Shown here one piece after another: positions 12,031-23,994 of a stretch of 64,000 nt of DNA. Under the pieces are notes generated by a model that did not search any database, was not told the origin of the DNA, and saw only the letters and a program-made list of their open reading frames with translations. Each line of letters starts with the position of its first letter. Positions within the stretch are counted from its first letter, which is position 1. Source of the stretch: Octopus vulgaris (lineage: Eukaryota); the NCBI GenBank assembly GCA_951406725.2, contig OX597816.1, positions 46,376,001 through 46,440,000 of the forward strand, written 5' to 3'. Made by a program: the position numbers and the translations under genes.

Positions 12031-13110
12031 TTAGGACAGAGATAAAGTCACATTGCATTTCAAGGTGAGAAAGAAACAAATGCTTCTTTAGTCTAATTTG
12101 ATATATTTAATCAAAATATTATTTCCCCTTGTTATTTATTATATAATCCCATCTGCTTGACAAATCGTTAATCCCTCGGGCGTAAAATTCTTCAGGTTTC
12201 AAAGCAAAAGGCATTCTTAGTATCATTTAAACCTCTTCTCTATAAATTGATAAATTGTTTTACCTTCTAAATAATGATACAAAGATCTAAAAAGATGATA
12301 GTTGATGGAGCAAGGTCAGGAGAATAAGAAGGATAAGGTAAAACTTTAGAGGCATAATCCTTTCCTGACTCGGGTAATGTATGGTTTTGCATTATCGCGT
12401 AAGGACAACACCCCTTTTCGATTGACCAATGATGGGTGCTTTTTCTGAAAATTTTCGTGCAATGCTTCCAGTTGACAATACTTCTCTGCATTAACTGTTT
12501 CATTTTGGCTTAACAATTGATGATAGACAACACCCTTCATATCTCACCAAACATACGGCATAACCTTTTTCGGACCGTGTTCTCCTGGTTGGGGAATTGA
12601 TTCTCCGTTTTCGTTCGATGCTAAACATTGTGGTTTTCGTTGGATATGATATAGAGAATCCACTTTTCATCACTTGTGGTGATTCTACCCAGGAAAGGTT
12701 TCATATCATGCCTACTTTTCAATGACGAGCGGTAAACAAATCCTTGATTAAACTGAGAAGTAGTCAGATAGTCAGATGATCAGGGAGCCACTTAATACGT
12801 TTAAACATCTTCCTTTGATCACCAAAGTGACTTGAATTGAACTGTTTCGCTAATTCGTACGCAGTTTGCTTTGGATTTTCCCATTCTATGGTTTTCCGGA
12901 GTTCAATATTGACAACTTGGTCGTCCAGATCGAAAGGAATTTGTGAGAGAAAATTTTCCGAGTGAAATTGGTCAAGCCATTGTTGGCATGTCCAGACACT
13001 TAAAACTTCATTTCCATGAACAGGACGAATATGTCTTGCCGCTTCCATTGCTAAAGAACTCCTAGCATGCAAGTGTCTGAAATGGGTCTGACCTAAACTC
13101 ATTTTAGAAG
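12031..13110 (-). mobile_element. Mariner (DD34D-type) transposase relic
   Basis: Minus-strand frames give EAARHIRPVHGNEVLSVWTCQQW, FLGRITTSDEKWI, DMKGVVYHQLL..NETVNAEKYC, RKGVLSLRDNAKP, YPSYSPDLAPS and FYARGINDLSSRW. Frameshifted. A possible 3' TIR lies at 12031-12060. Confidence 0.9.
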
Positions 13111-13197
13111 GGTAAAATCTACGAATTTAATCTACAAAGAAAAAGAAAGATAGAAAAAACAATAGAAATATAAATAAATACTTATTTTACCCTTAAT

Positions 13198-13390
13198 GTT
13201 GGTTTCAAATTTCGGGAGTGAGGGTAAGTTGATTACATCAACCCTAGCGCTCAACTGGCACTTATTTTATCCATCCCGAAAGGATGAAAAGCAAAGTCGG
13301 CCGCGGCGAAATTTGAACTCAGAATGTAAAGACGGAAGAAATACCGTTAAGCATTTTACCCGGCATGCTAACGATTCTGCCAGCTCGCCT
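13198..13390 (-). mobile_element. SINE family B, older tail type
   Basis: CCGAAAGGATGAAAAGCAAAGTCGG...ATTTGAACTCAGAA...GCTAACGATTCTGCCAGCTCGCC. Confidence 0.8.
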
Positions 13391-14015
13391 CCTTTTTTGC
13401 CCTAAATATTGAAAACGTCCCCTTTAAGTGATCATGTCAAAAATTGGACAAGACTTTCTTTCCAACCTAGTATGTTGGTTAAGTCAACGTATGAATTAAT
13501 ACATCGTTTTATGAAAGTCAAAAAACCCAATGAGTCTTCGGACGATAGAAGTTCACCAGCCTTCCATACACACACTTTGTACTCATTCCTTGCACTTAAC
13601 TACATTCACTGCTATTTCTAGTGGTTTCTTCGTGTATTATTTTTCGGTTGGGATGGAGACAGTCTTCGTAGAATAGATTACGTTGTATACAGCCATACCT
13701 GATCATGAAAAGTGCTCGAGTATGCTGTGGAATATCACCAACAATATGAGGTGGAATTTGATATGATTCTGCTCAGAGTATGAGCGTAATATGCTGCAAG
13801 TAAATTCACGTGGACAAAAACAGAGTACTCAAAGTCAATATAGAGTGATATATGTGTGCGTGTGCACGCATAATAATATAAAGATACATACGCATGCACA
13901 CACATATTTAACATACATGTATGCACACACATACACACACATCGTTGCTATAATTGAAAACCTATTCAATCTTCGGATAACGTATGACCAAGGGCCTTTT
14001 ATAAGGGACTCTCTG

Positions 14016-14456
14016 GGATCTTTTCGGTTTGAATGGCAGTTTTTTAAAATAATTTCCACGTAACTAAAGACTTTTAAACTTCGTATACTGGTAGAATGTG
14101 TTTATAAAACATCTTTTTCTCTTGGATTTATTGAGAAAATTCTATAGTTTGTAAGATATTTGTTGTTTTTTTCTTCTGCAATTTCTGCAATTTCAAACAA
14201 TCAATGACGTCTATTGAGGTAAAAAAAAAAAACATTCTGTGCCGTATGAATATGTCTCTCGTTTAAAAAACAGATTGGGTTTATTTACATTTGTGAAGAA
14301 AAAAAGATACCCTTACCCCCACCCCTTACCCTAACCCTAACTAACCCTGGCCCTAAAATAGATTGACATGCAATAGGTCGATACTAGGGTCATAATTATG
14401 GGTGACAATTTCATATGACACCGCTAGAAAAACTGCCGTTCAAACCGAAAAGATCC
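14016..14456. mobile_element. MITE (441 bp) with ~29-bp GGATC TIRs and 8-bp TSD (Merlin- or MULE-like)
   Basis: GGATCTTTTCGGTTTGAATGGCAGTTTTT ... AAAAACTGCCGTTCAAACCGAAAAGATCC. TSD ACTCTCTG at 14008-14015 and 14457-14464. Internal CCCTAA repeats. Confidence 0.9.
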
Positions 14457-14864
14457 ACTCTCTGACAACAACAACGCCATAAGGGACCAACGAAGTCTCT
14501 TCGTGATCGCGCGATTTTTATTAGAAATAGCAGCTAAATCCCCTAAGTTACATTGTACTGTTTTTTAAAAAAATAACGCCACATTTGCCTGTATCAATGT
14601 ACAAAACATAGAATGAATGGCAACCACTGAAACACTTTTGAAGTGTTGGTTGTTAGCTTAGGGCTAAACTGCACCAACCACCACCACCACCACCATCACG
14701 ACTACCACCACTACTATTACTACTAGCAAACGAGGGTTCTTCTACATGGTTGTATGAACTGCAAGAAATAGCTGCAACAGCTCCTTGGTGTTTTAAATAG
14801 ACACGCTGGATAATGCAAAGCAGGATCCCCTTCACATAGGAAAGACTAGACGGTAATGGTTGAT

Positions 14865-15458
14865 GGCGAGCTGGCAGAAACGTTAGCACGCCGGGCGAAA
14901 TGCTTAGCGGTATTTCGTCTGCCGCTACGTTCTGAGTTCAAATTCCGCCGAGGTCGACTTTGCCTTTCATCCTTTCGGGGTCGATTAAATAAGTACCAGT
15001 TACGCACTGGGGGTCGATATAATCGACTTAATCCGTTTGTCTGTCCTTGTTTGTCCCCTCTGTGTTTAGCCCCTTGTGGGCAGTAAAGAAATAGGTATTT
15101 CGTCTGCCGCTACGTTCTGAGTTCAAATTCCGCCGAGGTCGACTTTGCCTTTCATCCTTTCGGGGTCGATTAAATAAGTACCAGTTCCGCACTGGGGTCG
15201 ATATAATCGACTTAATCCGTTTGTCTGTCCTTGTTTGTCCCCTCTGTGTTTAGCCCCTTGTGGGCTAAAGAAATAGGTATTTCGTCTGCCGCTACGTTCT
15301 GAGTTCAAATTCCGCCGAGGTCGACTTTGCCTTTCATCCTTTCGGGGTCGATTAAATAAGTACCAGTTCCGCACTGGGGTCGATATAATCGACTTAATCC
15401 CTTTGTCTGTCCTTGTTTGTCCTCTCTGTGTTTAGCCCCTTGTGGGTAGTAAAGAAAA
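14865..15458 (+). mobile_element. Young SINE family B, head-to-tail trimer (unit ~182-185 bp)
   Basis: One tRNA-like head, then GGTATTTCGTCTGCC restarts at 14909, 15094 and 15276. Units are nearly identical. Confidence 0.95.
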
Positions 15459-15651
15459 AGGTAATGGTTGGTGTGCATTTGATCGTAGGAATGAAAGCAA
15501 CAACCATTTGTACTTTCACCACCACTACCATCACCACCGTCACTACCACTATTACTACTTCGACTTCATCTTGAAGTTTGGTTTTAGTTTTGTTACTTTG
15601 ATGTTTTTTAAAATTATCTTTTCAAACAGCAACAAGCAGCCGCAGTAATGA

Positions 15652-15691
<40 letters not shown>

Positions 15692-16217
15692 TGTAGTAGT
15701 TGTAGTGGCAACAGCAGTAGTAGTTATAGCAGCACAAACTGCAGTCACGTTTAGGACCTTCAAATGGAACCCAGTGTTAGATATTTTTACACGTGACACA
15801 CATCCTTTCCCATTATTGACCGCTTAACCTCAATACATGCAACAGCAGCCGTACCAGTCATAGTAAGTAATAAGACTTACCATGCATTCACTCAATGTTT
15901 TTGCATGTGTCTTTCCAACGTTTTCGTCACAGTTACTGCTTACTGTTTCACTGCCGCAGCTGCCATTACTACAGCGACGACGCCGACGTCTGACTTTGAC
16001 AACCATCACCACCGCCGTTATCATTATCACCACCGCCATCATTTCCTTCCATAGCTACTGTTTTCTTTTCTTTTCTTACCTTGACTTTGACTTTGACGTT
16101 GCATTTGAGTTTGGTGAATTGGTTGTTTGGACAGTCGTCCGTCGGAGAGGAAATGAACTGATTAACCATGACAATTGATTATCAACAAGGCAGCAACAGC
16201 GACATCGACAGCAACGG

Positions 16218-16790
16218 TGGAGGCGCAATGGCCCAGTGGTTAGGGCAGCGGACTAGTGGTCGTAAGAACGCGGTTTCGATTCCCAGACCGGGCATTGTGA
16301 GTGTTTATTGAGCAAAAGCACCTAAGCTCCACGAGGCTCCGGTGTGGGTGGGAGGTAACCCCATCTTTTGCCAGTTAAACACATGCGCTATTCATTTGAT
16401 CTTCACATTAGCTTTAGTATTGTTTGTTTGTCGTGATATTTCAATAACTGTCTATTATAAAACTTAACAACATCAACCATAGTGAAGGCGCAATTGCCCA
16501 GTGGTTAGGGCAGCGGACTCGCGGTCGTAAGAACGCGGTGAGTGTTTATTGAGCAAAAACACCTAAGCTCCACGAGGCTCCGGTGTGGGTGGGAGGTAAC
16601 TCCACTGTACTCTTTCACCACAACTTCCTCTCATTCTTTCTTCCTACTTCTGTCACAAAGCAGAGGAATCATGGTGTAACCCACTATGGTGTGGTAAACC
16701 TTCAGACCCTAGTCTAGATTGCGAATCCACTGTACCCTGGGATGGTTCAGCTCTCCACCCCGTTAAAAGCCACCGTTTACAGAACGAGGA
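16218..16790 (+). mobile_element. Rearranged family-C SINE (two heads, tail type 3)
   Basis: Heads at ~16218 and ~16484 are separated by a 120-bp non-SINE segment that is the reverse complement of 18390-18512. Confidence 0.8.
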
Positions 16791-17195
16791 TAACAACGTA
16801 GCTTTGGCGCCCGTGCAACCGCCAGTCTATCGCGTGTGGTGGGTGGATCTTCAAGTTGCCACGCGCATTCTTAATAGCTTAGAGTAGGCTCGAATTAAAC
16901 ATTATTCTTTGTGGCTAATGGCAGAAGAAGAAGAAGACGACAACAACAACAACAATACACATGCAGCGAAGACCTATGTTTGGTCGTTAGAGTTGCCAGA
17001 AATGGAAGCTATCAAATCTTCCACACATTATTCACCCTATTATGTTAAGAAGAAGGATAAAAACGTGTGAAATAATGTGGTGCGACAGCTTTAAAAGAAA
17101 CCTGACGGCCACCGCTGGAATGCCTTTGATCGTGAGTGCCTGCTTCAAAAGAGTTAATAGGAGACTAAACAACTACGACGATGACGACTACTATA

Positions 17196-17255
<60 letters not shown>

Positions 17256-17308
17256 AATTACCGCCACGGTTGCTATGGTTGCTATTGTCTTCCGTAAACG
17301 GTGGCTTT

Positions 17309-18099
17309 GGATTTTTTCCTTTTGAACGGCAAATGTCAACACAATTTCTAGTTAACTAAACACTTTTAAACTTCGTATACTGGTAGAATGTGTTTATAAA
17401 ACATCATTTTTTCTTGGTTTTATTGAGAAAATTCTATTGTTTGTAACATATTTCCACTATAAAATCCAGCATTTTGGCAATTTTAACCAATCAAATACGT
17501 CCATTTGGAGTGAAAACATACCGTGCTGTATGAATATGCCCCTTGTTTAAGAAACAGATTGGGTTTATTTACATTTGCGAAGAAAAAAAGATACCCTTCC
17601 CCCAACCCTAACCCTAACCCTAATCCTAAAATAGATTGAAATGCAATAGATCGATACCAGGGCCATAATTATGGGTGACAATTTCATGCGACACCGCAAA
17701 ATGGGATTTTTTTCTAGCGGTGTCAAATGAAAATGTCACCCATAATTATGGCCCTGGTATCGATCTATTGCATTTCAATTTATTTTAGGATTAGGGTTAG
17801 GAGTGGGAGAAGGGTATCTTTTTTTCTTCGCAAATGTAAATAAACCCAATCTGTTTCTTAAACGAGGGTCATATTCATACAGCACGGAATCTTTTCACCC
17901 CAAATGGAGGTGAGCGATTGGTTAAAATTGCCAAAATGCTCGATTTTAAAGTGGAAATATGTTATAACATATAGAATTTTCTCAATGAAGCCAAGAAAAA
18001 ATGATGTTTTATAAACACATTCTACCAGTATACGAAGTTTAAAAGTGTTTAGTTAACTAGAAATTATGTTGACATCTGAGGTTCAAAAGGAAAAGATCC
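17309..18099. mobile_element. Foldback (palindromic) form of the GGATC MITE, 791 bp, 8-bp TSD
   Basis: Arms of ~385 bp (17309-17697 and ~17714-18099) are reverse complements. TSD GTGGCTTT at 17301-17308 and 18100-18107. Confidence 0.92.
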
Positions 18100-18390
18100 G
18101 TGGCTTTTACTGGGTGGAGAGCTGAACCATCCTGGGGTACAGTGGATTCGCAATCTAGACTAGGGTCTGAAGGTTTACCACACCATAGTGGGTTACACCA
18201 TGATTCCTCTGCTTTGTGACAGAAGTAGGAAGAAAGAGTGAGAGAAAGTTGTGGTGAAAAAGTACAGCGGGGTTCACCCCCCCTCCCTCGCCGGAGCCTC
18301 GTGGAGCTTAGGTGTTTTTGCTCAATAAACACTCACCGCGTTCTTACGACCGCGAGTCCGCTGCCCTAACCACTGGGCCATTGCGCCTTC
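18100..18390 (-). mobile_element. Family-C SINE (tail type 3, B-box deleted)
   Basis: Reverse complement of 16484-16772, sharing the same internal deletion (AAGAACGCGG|TGAGTGTTT). Confidence 0.85.
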
Positions 18391-18989
18391 TCTATAGTTG
18401 CTGCTGTCAAGTTTTATAATAGACAGTTATTGAAATATCACGACAAACAAGCAATACTAAAGCTAATGTGAAGATCAAATGAATAGCGCATGTGTTTAAC
18501 TGGCAAAAGATGACCGTCCCCAAGTATAACAATAAGATGCTTTAGTTTCTATGCAAAGACAGACAATTACCAGGTTTATCAGATTTCTGAATCGAATGGA
18601 ATTGATGTTATTTTATAATCTGTCACGACTACTACCACTATATATATATATGTGTGTGTGTTTATGTGTGTAAAGAAGGTATCAAGGTATGGTTAGAAAA
18701 GAAAAAAGTGTGACCAAAGCATCCAAGTGACCTACTTCACGAAAATTCACAGCTTGTATGATATCAGTTTAGTGTTCACAGGTCTGAAAACACCAAAATG
18801 CCAGCAAGGAGACTAGCCACTGGATGTCAGTATTAACAAACCCTTTAATAAATAACTTGAGGAAGCAGTGAGATACATGGATAAGGGGGAAACATGACAT
18901 GACACCGACCGGAAGGACGAAACGCTATCAGTATCTGATGTGTGTGAACGGAAGCTGATGGTCTGGTTTTAATAGTGAAGTATCTCTCT

Positions 18990-19214
18990 TTACTCTTTTT
19001 CTCTTTTACTTGTTTCAGTCATTTGACTGCGGCCATGCTGGAGCACCGCCTTTAATCGAGCAACTCGACCCCGGGACTTATTCTTTTGTAAGCCCAGTAC
19101 TTATTCTATCGGTCTCTTTTGCCGAACCGCTAAGTAACGGGGACATATATAAACCAGCATCGGTTGTCAAACAATGCTACGGGGACAAACACAGATACAC
19201 AAACACACACACGC

Positions 19215-19247
<33 letters not shown>

Positions 19248-19412
19248 TACGACGGGCTTCTTTCAGTTTCCGTCTACCAAATCCACTCACAAGGCTTTGG
19301 TCGGCCCGAGGCTATAGTAGAAGACACTTACCCAAGGTGCCATGCAGTGGGACTGAACCCGGAACCATGTGGTTGGTAAAGAAGCTACTTACCACACAGC
19401 CACTCCTGCGCC
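18990..19412 (-). mobile_element. SINE family A, full length
   Basis: TACTCTTT tail repeats through CACACAGCCACTCCTGCGCC. Confidence 0.92.
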
Positions 19413-19439
19413 TATCGTTAAGTCTTTTTTAAAAAAATC

Positions 19440-20050
19440 CTTTCTGTTGTAGGTACAAGGCCTGAAATTTTGGTGGAGGAGTTTAGCTAATTATATCAAT
19501 TCCAGTGCTCAACTGATGCTTATTTTATTGATCCCGAAAGGATGAAAGGCAAAGTCGACCTTGGCGGAATTTGAACTCAAAACGTAAAGATGTACGAAGT
19601 GCCGCAAAGCATTTTGTTCGGCGTGCTAACGTTTCTTATTTCTTTATTGCCCACAAGGGAATAAGCATAGAGGGGACAAACAAGGACAGACAAACGGATT
19701 AAGTCGATTACATCGACCCCAGTGCGTAACTGGTACTTATTTAATCGACCCCGAAAGGATGAAAGGCAAAGTCGACCTCGGCGGAATTTGAACTCAGAAC
19801 GTAGCGGCAAACGAAATACTATTTCTTTATTGCCCACATGGGGCTAAACACAGAGAAGACAAACAAGGACAGACAGACGGATTAAGTCGATTATATCGAC
19901 TCCAGTGCATAACTGGTACTTATTTAATCGACCTCGAAAGGATGAAAGGCGAAGTCGACCTCGGCAGAATTTGAACTCAAAACGTAGCGGCAGACGAAAT
20001 ACTGCTAAGCATCTCGCCCGGCGTGCTAACGTTTCTGCCAACTCACTGTC
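19440..20050 (-). mobile_element. Family-B SINE trimer (two young units joined to one older unit)
   Basis: Three GAAAGGATGAAAGGC(A/G)AAGTCGACC blocks. Junctions at ~19633 and ~19820. Confidence 0.9.
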
Positions 20051-20664
20051 TTCAGAAAAAAAAAAAAAAAAAGCATGTAATATCGCAAATGCTATGGATA
20101 GAACTGAAGGCAAGTTGTTGTGTGAGACTGACAGTGATATTAATGATTCAGAGTAGGGCTGAGCAACCATTTTCGAGAAGTGGGTCGCATGAGACATTGC
20201 TCATCATCAAGCGGGCTGCATTGCTAAGAAATTCAAAGTAATTTTGGGTTAGGCACGCTGTTCAGAGTCCTGTGGGCTGAAGCTTTTAACCATGATCAAT
20301 TTAGAGCTTGGTGATGAATTCAGCAATGATGAGTTCTCAGGGTTTGAAAATGAATGAAACGTTTTTGATTGTTTTACTGAATAAAGTTTTTAAAGATTTA
20401 CAGTGTTTTTTGTAATTTTTATTGTTTTTCGTACTTAAAAGTTTCATTCTCAGTTTTACCAAACGGCCTTTTTGACTTTAAACTCATGTTTTGAAAATAA
20501 ACAGACATTTGATATTATGCCGGCCTTCTGCGAATGTAAAATATATAAAATCAGAAAGCAAAGAAGTTAAGCCCATTTAAATACATAGAAAATGAGTGTT
20601 ACATTAAAAATTTCAACTTTTTTTTTTTTTTTACATCAGGTTATAAAATGCCTGATGTCGCTTA

Positions 20665-21150
20665 AGATCCGTCTACACAAACGAGTAGTGATTTGCGATA
20701 TCATATTCGGGCGCTGGTAGCTGGTAAGTGATCACAAACTGGCGGGTAGGTGCTCACAAACTGGTGGATAAGTGACCACAAATTGGTGAGTAAGTGGGCA
20801 GGTGATCACAAATTGGCTGGTAGGTGATCGCAAATTGGCGAGCAGGTGATCACAAATTGGCGGGTAGGTGATCATAAATGGTACGATCTCTCTGATCCAT
20901 CACACGAATAATCGAGCCTTGTGCATAGAGTACAAAAGAATAATCGCAGGACAATTAAAATGAAGAGCGTGGGATAGAGTACAACAATAACACCTGGCAG
21001 CAAATCACCAGGTAAGTGATCATTGTTAGTTGATTTCACTCAACATCGAGTGCCAACACATCACTGGTTTACCAGCCAATTGTGTCTATGAGATACAATA
21101 GACATTTAGTCTTTGCCTGCCGAGCACAACTCGATCGTGTTTAAGGGTCT
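20665..21150. mobile_element. Possible old PIF/Harbinger-like MITE containing a 22-bp minisatellite
   Basis: Degenerate TIRs AGATCCGTCTACACAAACGAGT and ACTCGATCGTGTTTAAGGGTCT, flanked by TTA and TTG. Confidence 0.35.
20728..20882. repeat. 22-bp minisatellite, ~7 copies (GTGATCACAAATTGGCGGGTAG consensus)
   Basis: Seen directly in the sequence. Confidence 0.9.
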
Positions 21151-21563
21151 TTGGTAAAACTAAAGAATTTGTTTTGTTAGAATTACATTTTCTATATCAG
21201 AATGCGTTTTCCACAATGCAGCAATTACCATGGCCCCATGGCCTAGAGATTAGGGTGTTGTACTCACGACTGTGAAATCCTGGTTTCAATTCCTTAACCG
21301 GATGGTGTGTTGTGTTCTTGAGCAAAATACTTCATCTCATGTTGCTCTGCTATCACTTTGACACCTGATGCATGGTACACTGTGCACCTGTTCAGGAAAC
21401 GTCAATTTCATGGAGAGAGTGAGCTAATGTGAGGCACGAACATTTGATCACTTTCAACAAATCATTTGTGCAGGTCGTTCAGCAAAATACTGAACACTCG
21501 TAAGTCGTCATCGACGGGAGAGTCCAGCATATACATACATACATACATACATACATACATACA

Positions 21564-21594
<31 letters not shown>

Positions 21595-22621
21595 GCATAT
21601 ACATATATTTATACTTACATGCATGCATATACATACATATATATACATATATAAATAAACGAGTACTTCTCTCGATCGTTACTTAACGGAGATGTCTACA
21701 TACATACATACATACATACATACATACATACATACATACATACATACATGCATATACATGTATGGCCGGATACACTAGTTTTGCGGTATGCTACCAACCA
21801 TTCCCGTCATCACCGTTGCCGCCAGCGCCATAATCGTCGTCTTACCAGAGGTCGGTTCTGATCGAAAATCTTTTATGATCAAATGTATTCTAGCTATGAT
21901 CAGCCTCTCATGTTCCCAAACCAAATTTATACAGAACTGTATTAACGTTCATACCTTTCCTATTTGGCTACTATTTCTAGTGAATCATGCAACCACATGC
22001 ATGTTCCCCCATTGGCTTGTACCTTTAAGAGCGTGTAAGACATTATCATCTTGAAATATGTACAATTTGTGCTCTGGTGATGTAAAATGTTATCAAAATA
22101 TCACATCGTCTTTTATAATGACCTTATACTTTGATTGACTTCGTTGATAGAAGTAGCAGTCTTTTTTTTTTTTTACATTATCTAATGTATGTATGTGTGT
22201 GTGTACCCATAAGATGATAGATGTGATTTCAGAGATTTGGTTGCTATTTGTAGCCGATCGAGGGAGCGTGACGAAGCGCTCTCATAGGGTCGTGACGAAC
22301 TGTTGATAAGGACGAACTTATGTATGCATGTATGTATATATGCATGTGTGTATATATAAATAGACGAATTAGGACGTGCCCTGTAAAAGTATATGAGTCT
22401 CTATTTTACACACATACACGCTGATACATATGTTGTGTGTATGTGTGTGTGTATGCGTATGTGTGTATTCGGCAGACGGAGACCGATAGGATAAGTGCCA
22501 GACTTGAAAAATAGTAAGTGCTGGAGTCAATTCGTTCGACTAAAACCCTTTAAGGTAGTACCCTAGTGTGGTTATAGTCTAATGATTGAAACACGTTAAA
22601 GATAAAACACACACACGCACT

Positions 22622-23015
22622 ATGTGGTAGCTTGCTTCCCAATCACATGGTTCGGGGTTCAGTCCCACTGAATAGCATCTTGGGCTTCTATTACAGCCTC
22701 AAAGCCTTGTGAGTGGATCAGGTAGACGGAAACTGAAAGAAGATCGTCCTATGTGTATATATATATATGTATGTATATATTTGTGTGCGTGTGTGTATCT
22801 TTGTGTCTGTGTTTGTTCCCCCACAATCGCTTGACAACGGATGTTGGTGTGTTTACGTCCTAGTAACATAGCGGTTCGGCAAGAGTGAATGTTAGAATAA
22901 GTACTAGGCTTACAAAGAGTAAGTCCTAGGGTCGGTTTCTTCGACTAAAAAGCCCTCTAAGGTGGTACTCCAGCATGGCCGCAACCAAATGACTGAAACA
23001 AGTAAAAGAATAAAA
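22622..23015 (+). mobile_element. SINE family A (diverged), preceded by a 3' fragment at ~22470-22605
   Basis: Family-A body and AACAAGTAAAAGA tail. Confidence 0.85.
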
Positions 23016-23044
23016 GTGTACATACATGCATACATATGCACGCA

Positions 23045-23091
<47 letters not shown>

Positions 23092-23994
23092 TTAGAATTT
23101 TTGTATTTAGATGGAGAGTGTAAATTTAGACCTGGTAGGTGGTTTTGTGAAAAGAATTTGTTAGTTTGTTGCTTAATCAAAGATAACATAACAAAGATTC
23201 ACAATGTTTGATCACTTAATAAATTGTCAGGAATTTTATATATGCAATCTACCCCCGAGGCCTCCCAAACCTTTGATCTGATGACTCCAGTACAACCTTC
23301 ATCGACTCGAAACCACACGCTTTTTGCTAGTCCTAGAATTCGAACCCTTTTTTCTAAATTATCAGTTCGTTATCATAAGTGACTCACAATTGAGGCATGC
23401 ATTTATCATGAGCATGTTCAATTTATCGACCAATTGGCTCGCAGGAGATCAACGCCACAAATTTTGAACAAATGTGAATGTCTTTGAGATTTGCGTCCTT
23501 TTCTCTGGTGATAGGCTGTGGCCGCAATTGCAGAGTTCTGAGGGGGCTCGAAGAAAACACTTCAACTCTTGCAAAGCAAGCAATCGCAGAGTTTGAGAAA
23601 CTCAAAAAGAACAACACATGATTCTTTATCCCAGTGCGACCCTGTTGTGAAGAATGATTTGTTTCTAAGAATTTCTCTATGTAAACACCATGAACTCAGT
23701 TTCCTCACTTCTCGATGCACAAACCAAGGCTAGAGCTTTAGCAAGATGCGGTGAACTCTGTTTGTTTTTTGCCCTCAAGATAACTAACTACTGAGTAAAC
23801 TCAGTTAAAGACACGGTATTTCACTCCTTGCTTCAAGCAAGCCAGAAATGTGAATTCAGAGAAACTTACATTTCAATTTCATTCAAGACCAATTCGTTCC
23901 TGTCTCTAAATAATGACTGCAGAATCTAAACGCAATGAAAGTCGATTTCTATATTCTAGGTTTATCTACCAGTGTTTTGCAAACAACTTGCACA

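Larger units (their letters stand above)
18795..20360 (+). pseudogene. pogo/Tigger-type DDE transposase relic interrupted by SINEs
   Basis: PLDVSINKPF (~18817-18847), HDMTPTGR, IVKSF (~19414-19430) and KACNIANAMDRTE (~20070-20110) match the pogo DDE_1 C-terminal pattern QPLDVSINKPFK...TPTGR...IVKSFKKCGISNALDGTED. Confidence 0.75.

Noticed and set aside
16218-16295. tRNA-like sequences (also at 1730-1804, 8637-8710, 43530-43599)
   Set aside because: These are SINE heads with A/B boxes but no complete cloverleaf or acceptor stem, and they continue into SINE bodies.
20728-20882. Regular 22-bp repeats resembling a CRISPR array
   Set aside because: Units are contiguous with no unique spacers, there are no cas genes, and the context is eukaryotic; it is a minisatellite.
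23278-23316. CTGATGA...GAAAC spacing
   Set aside because: The intervening sequence cannot form stem II and the flanks do not pair.
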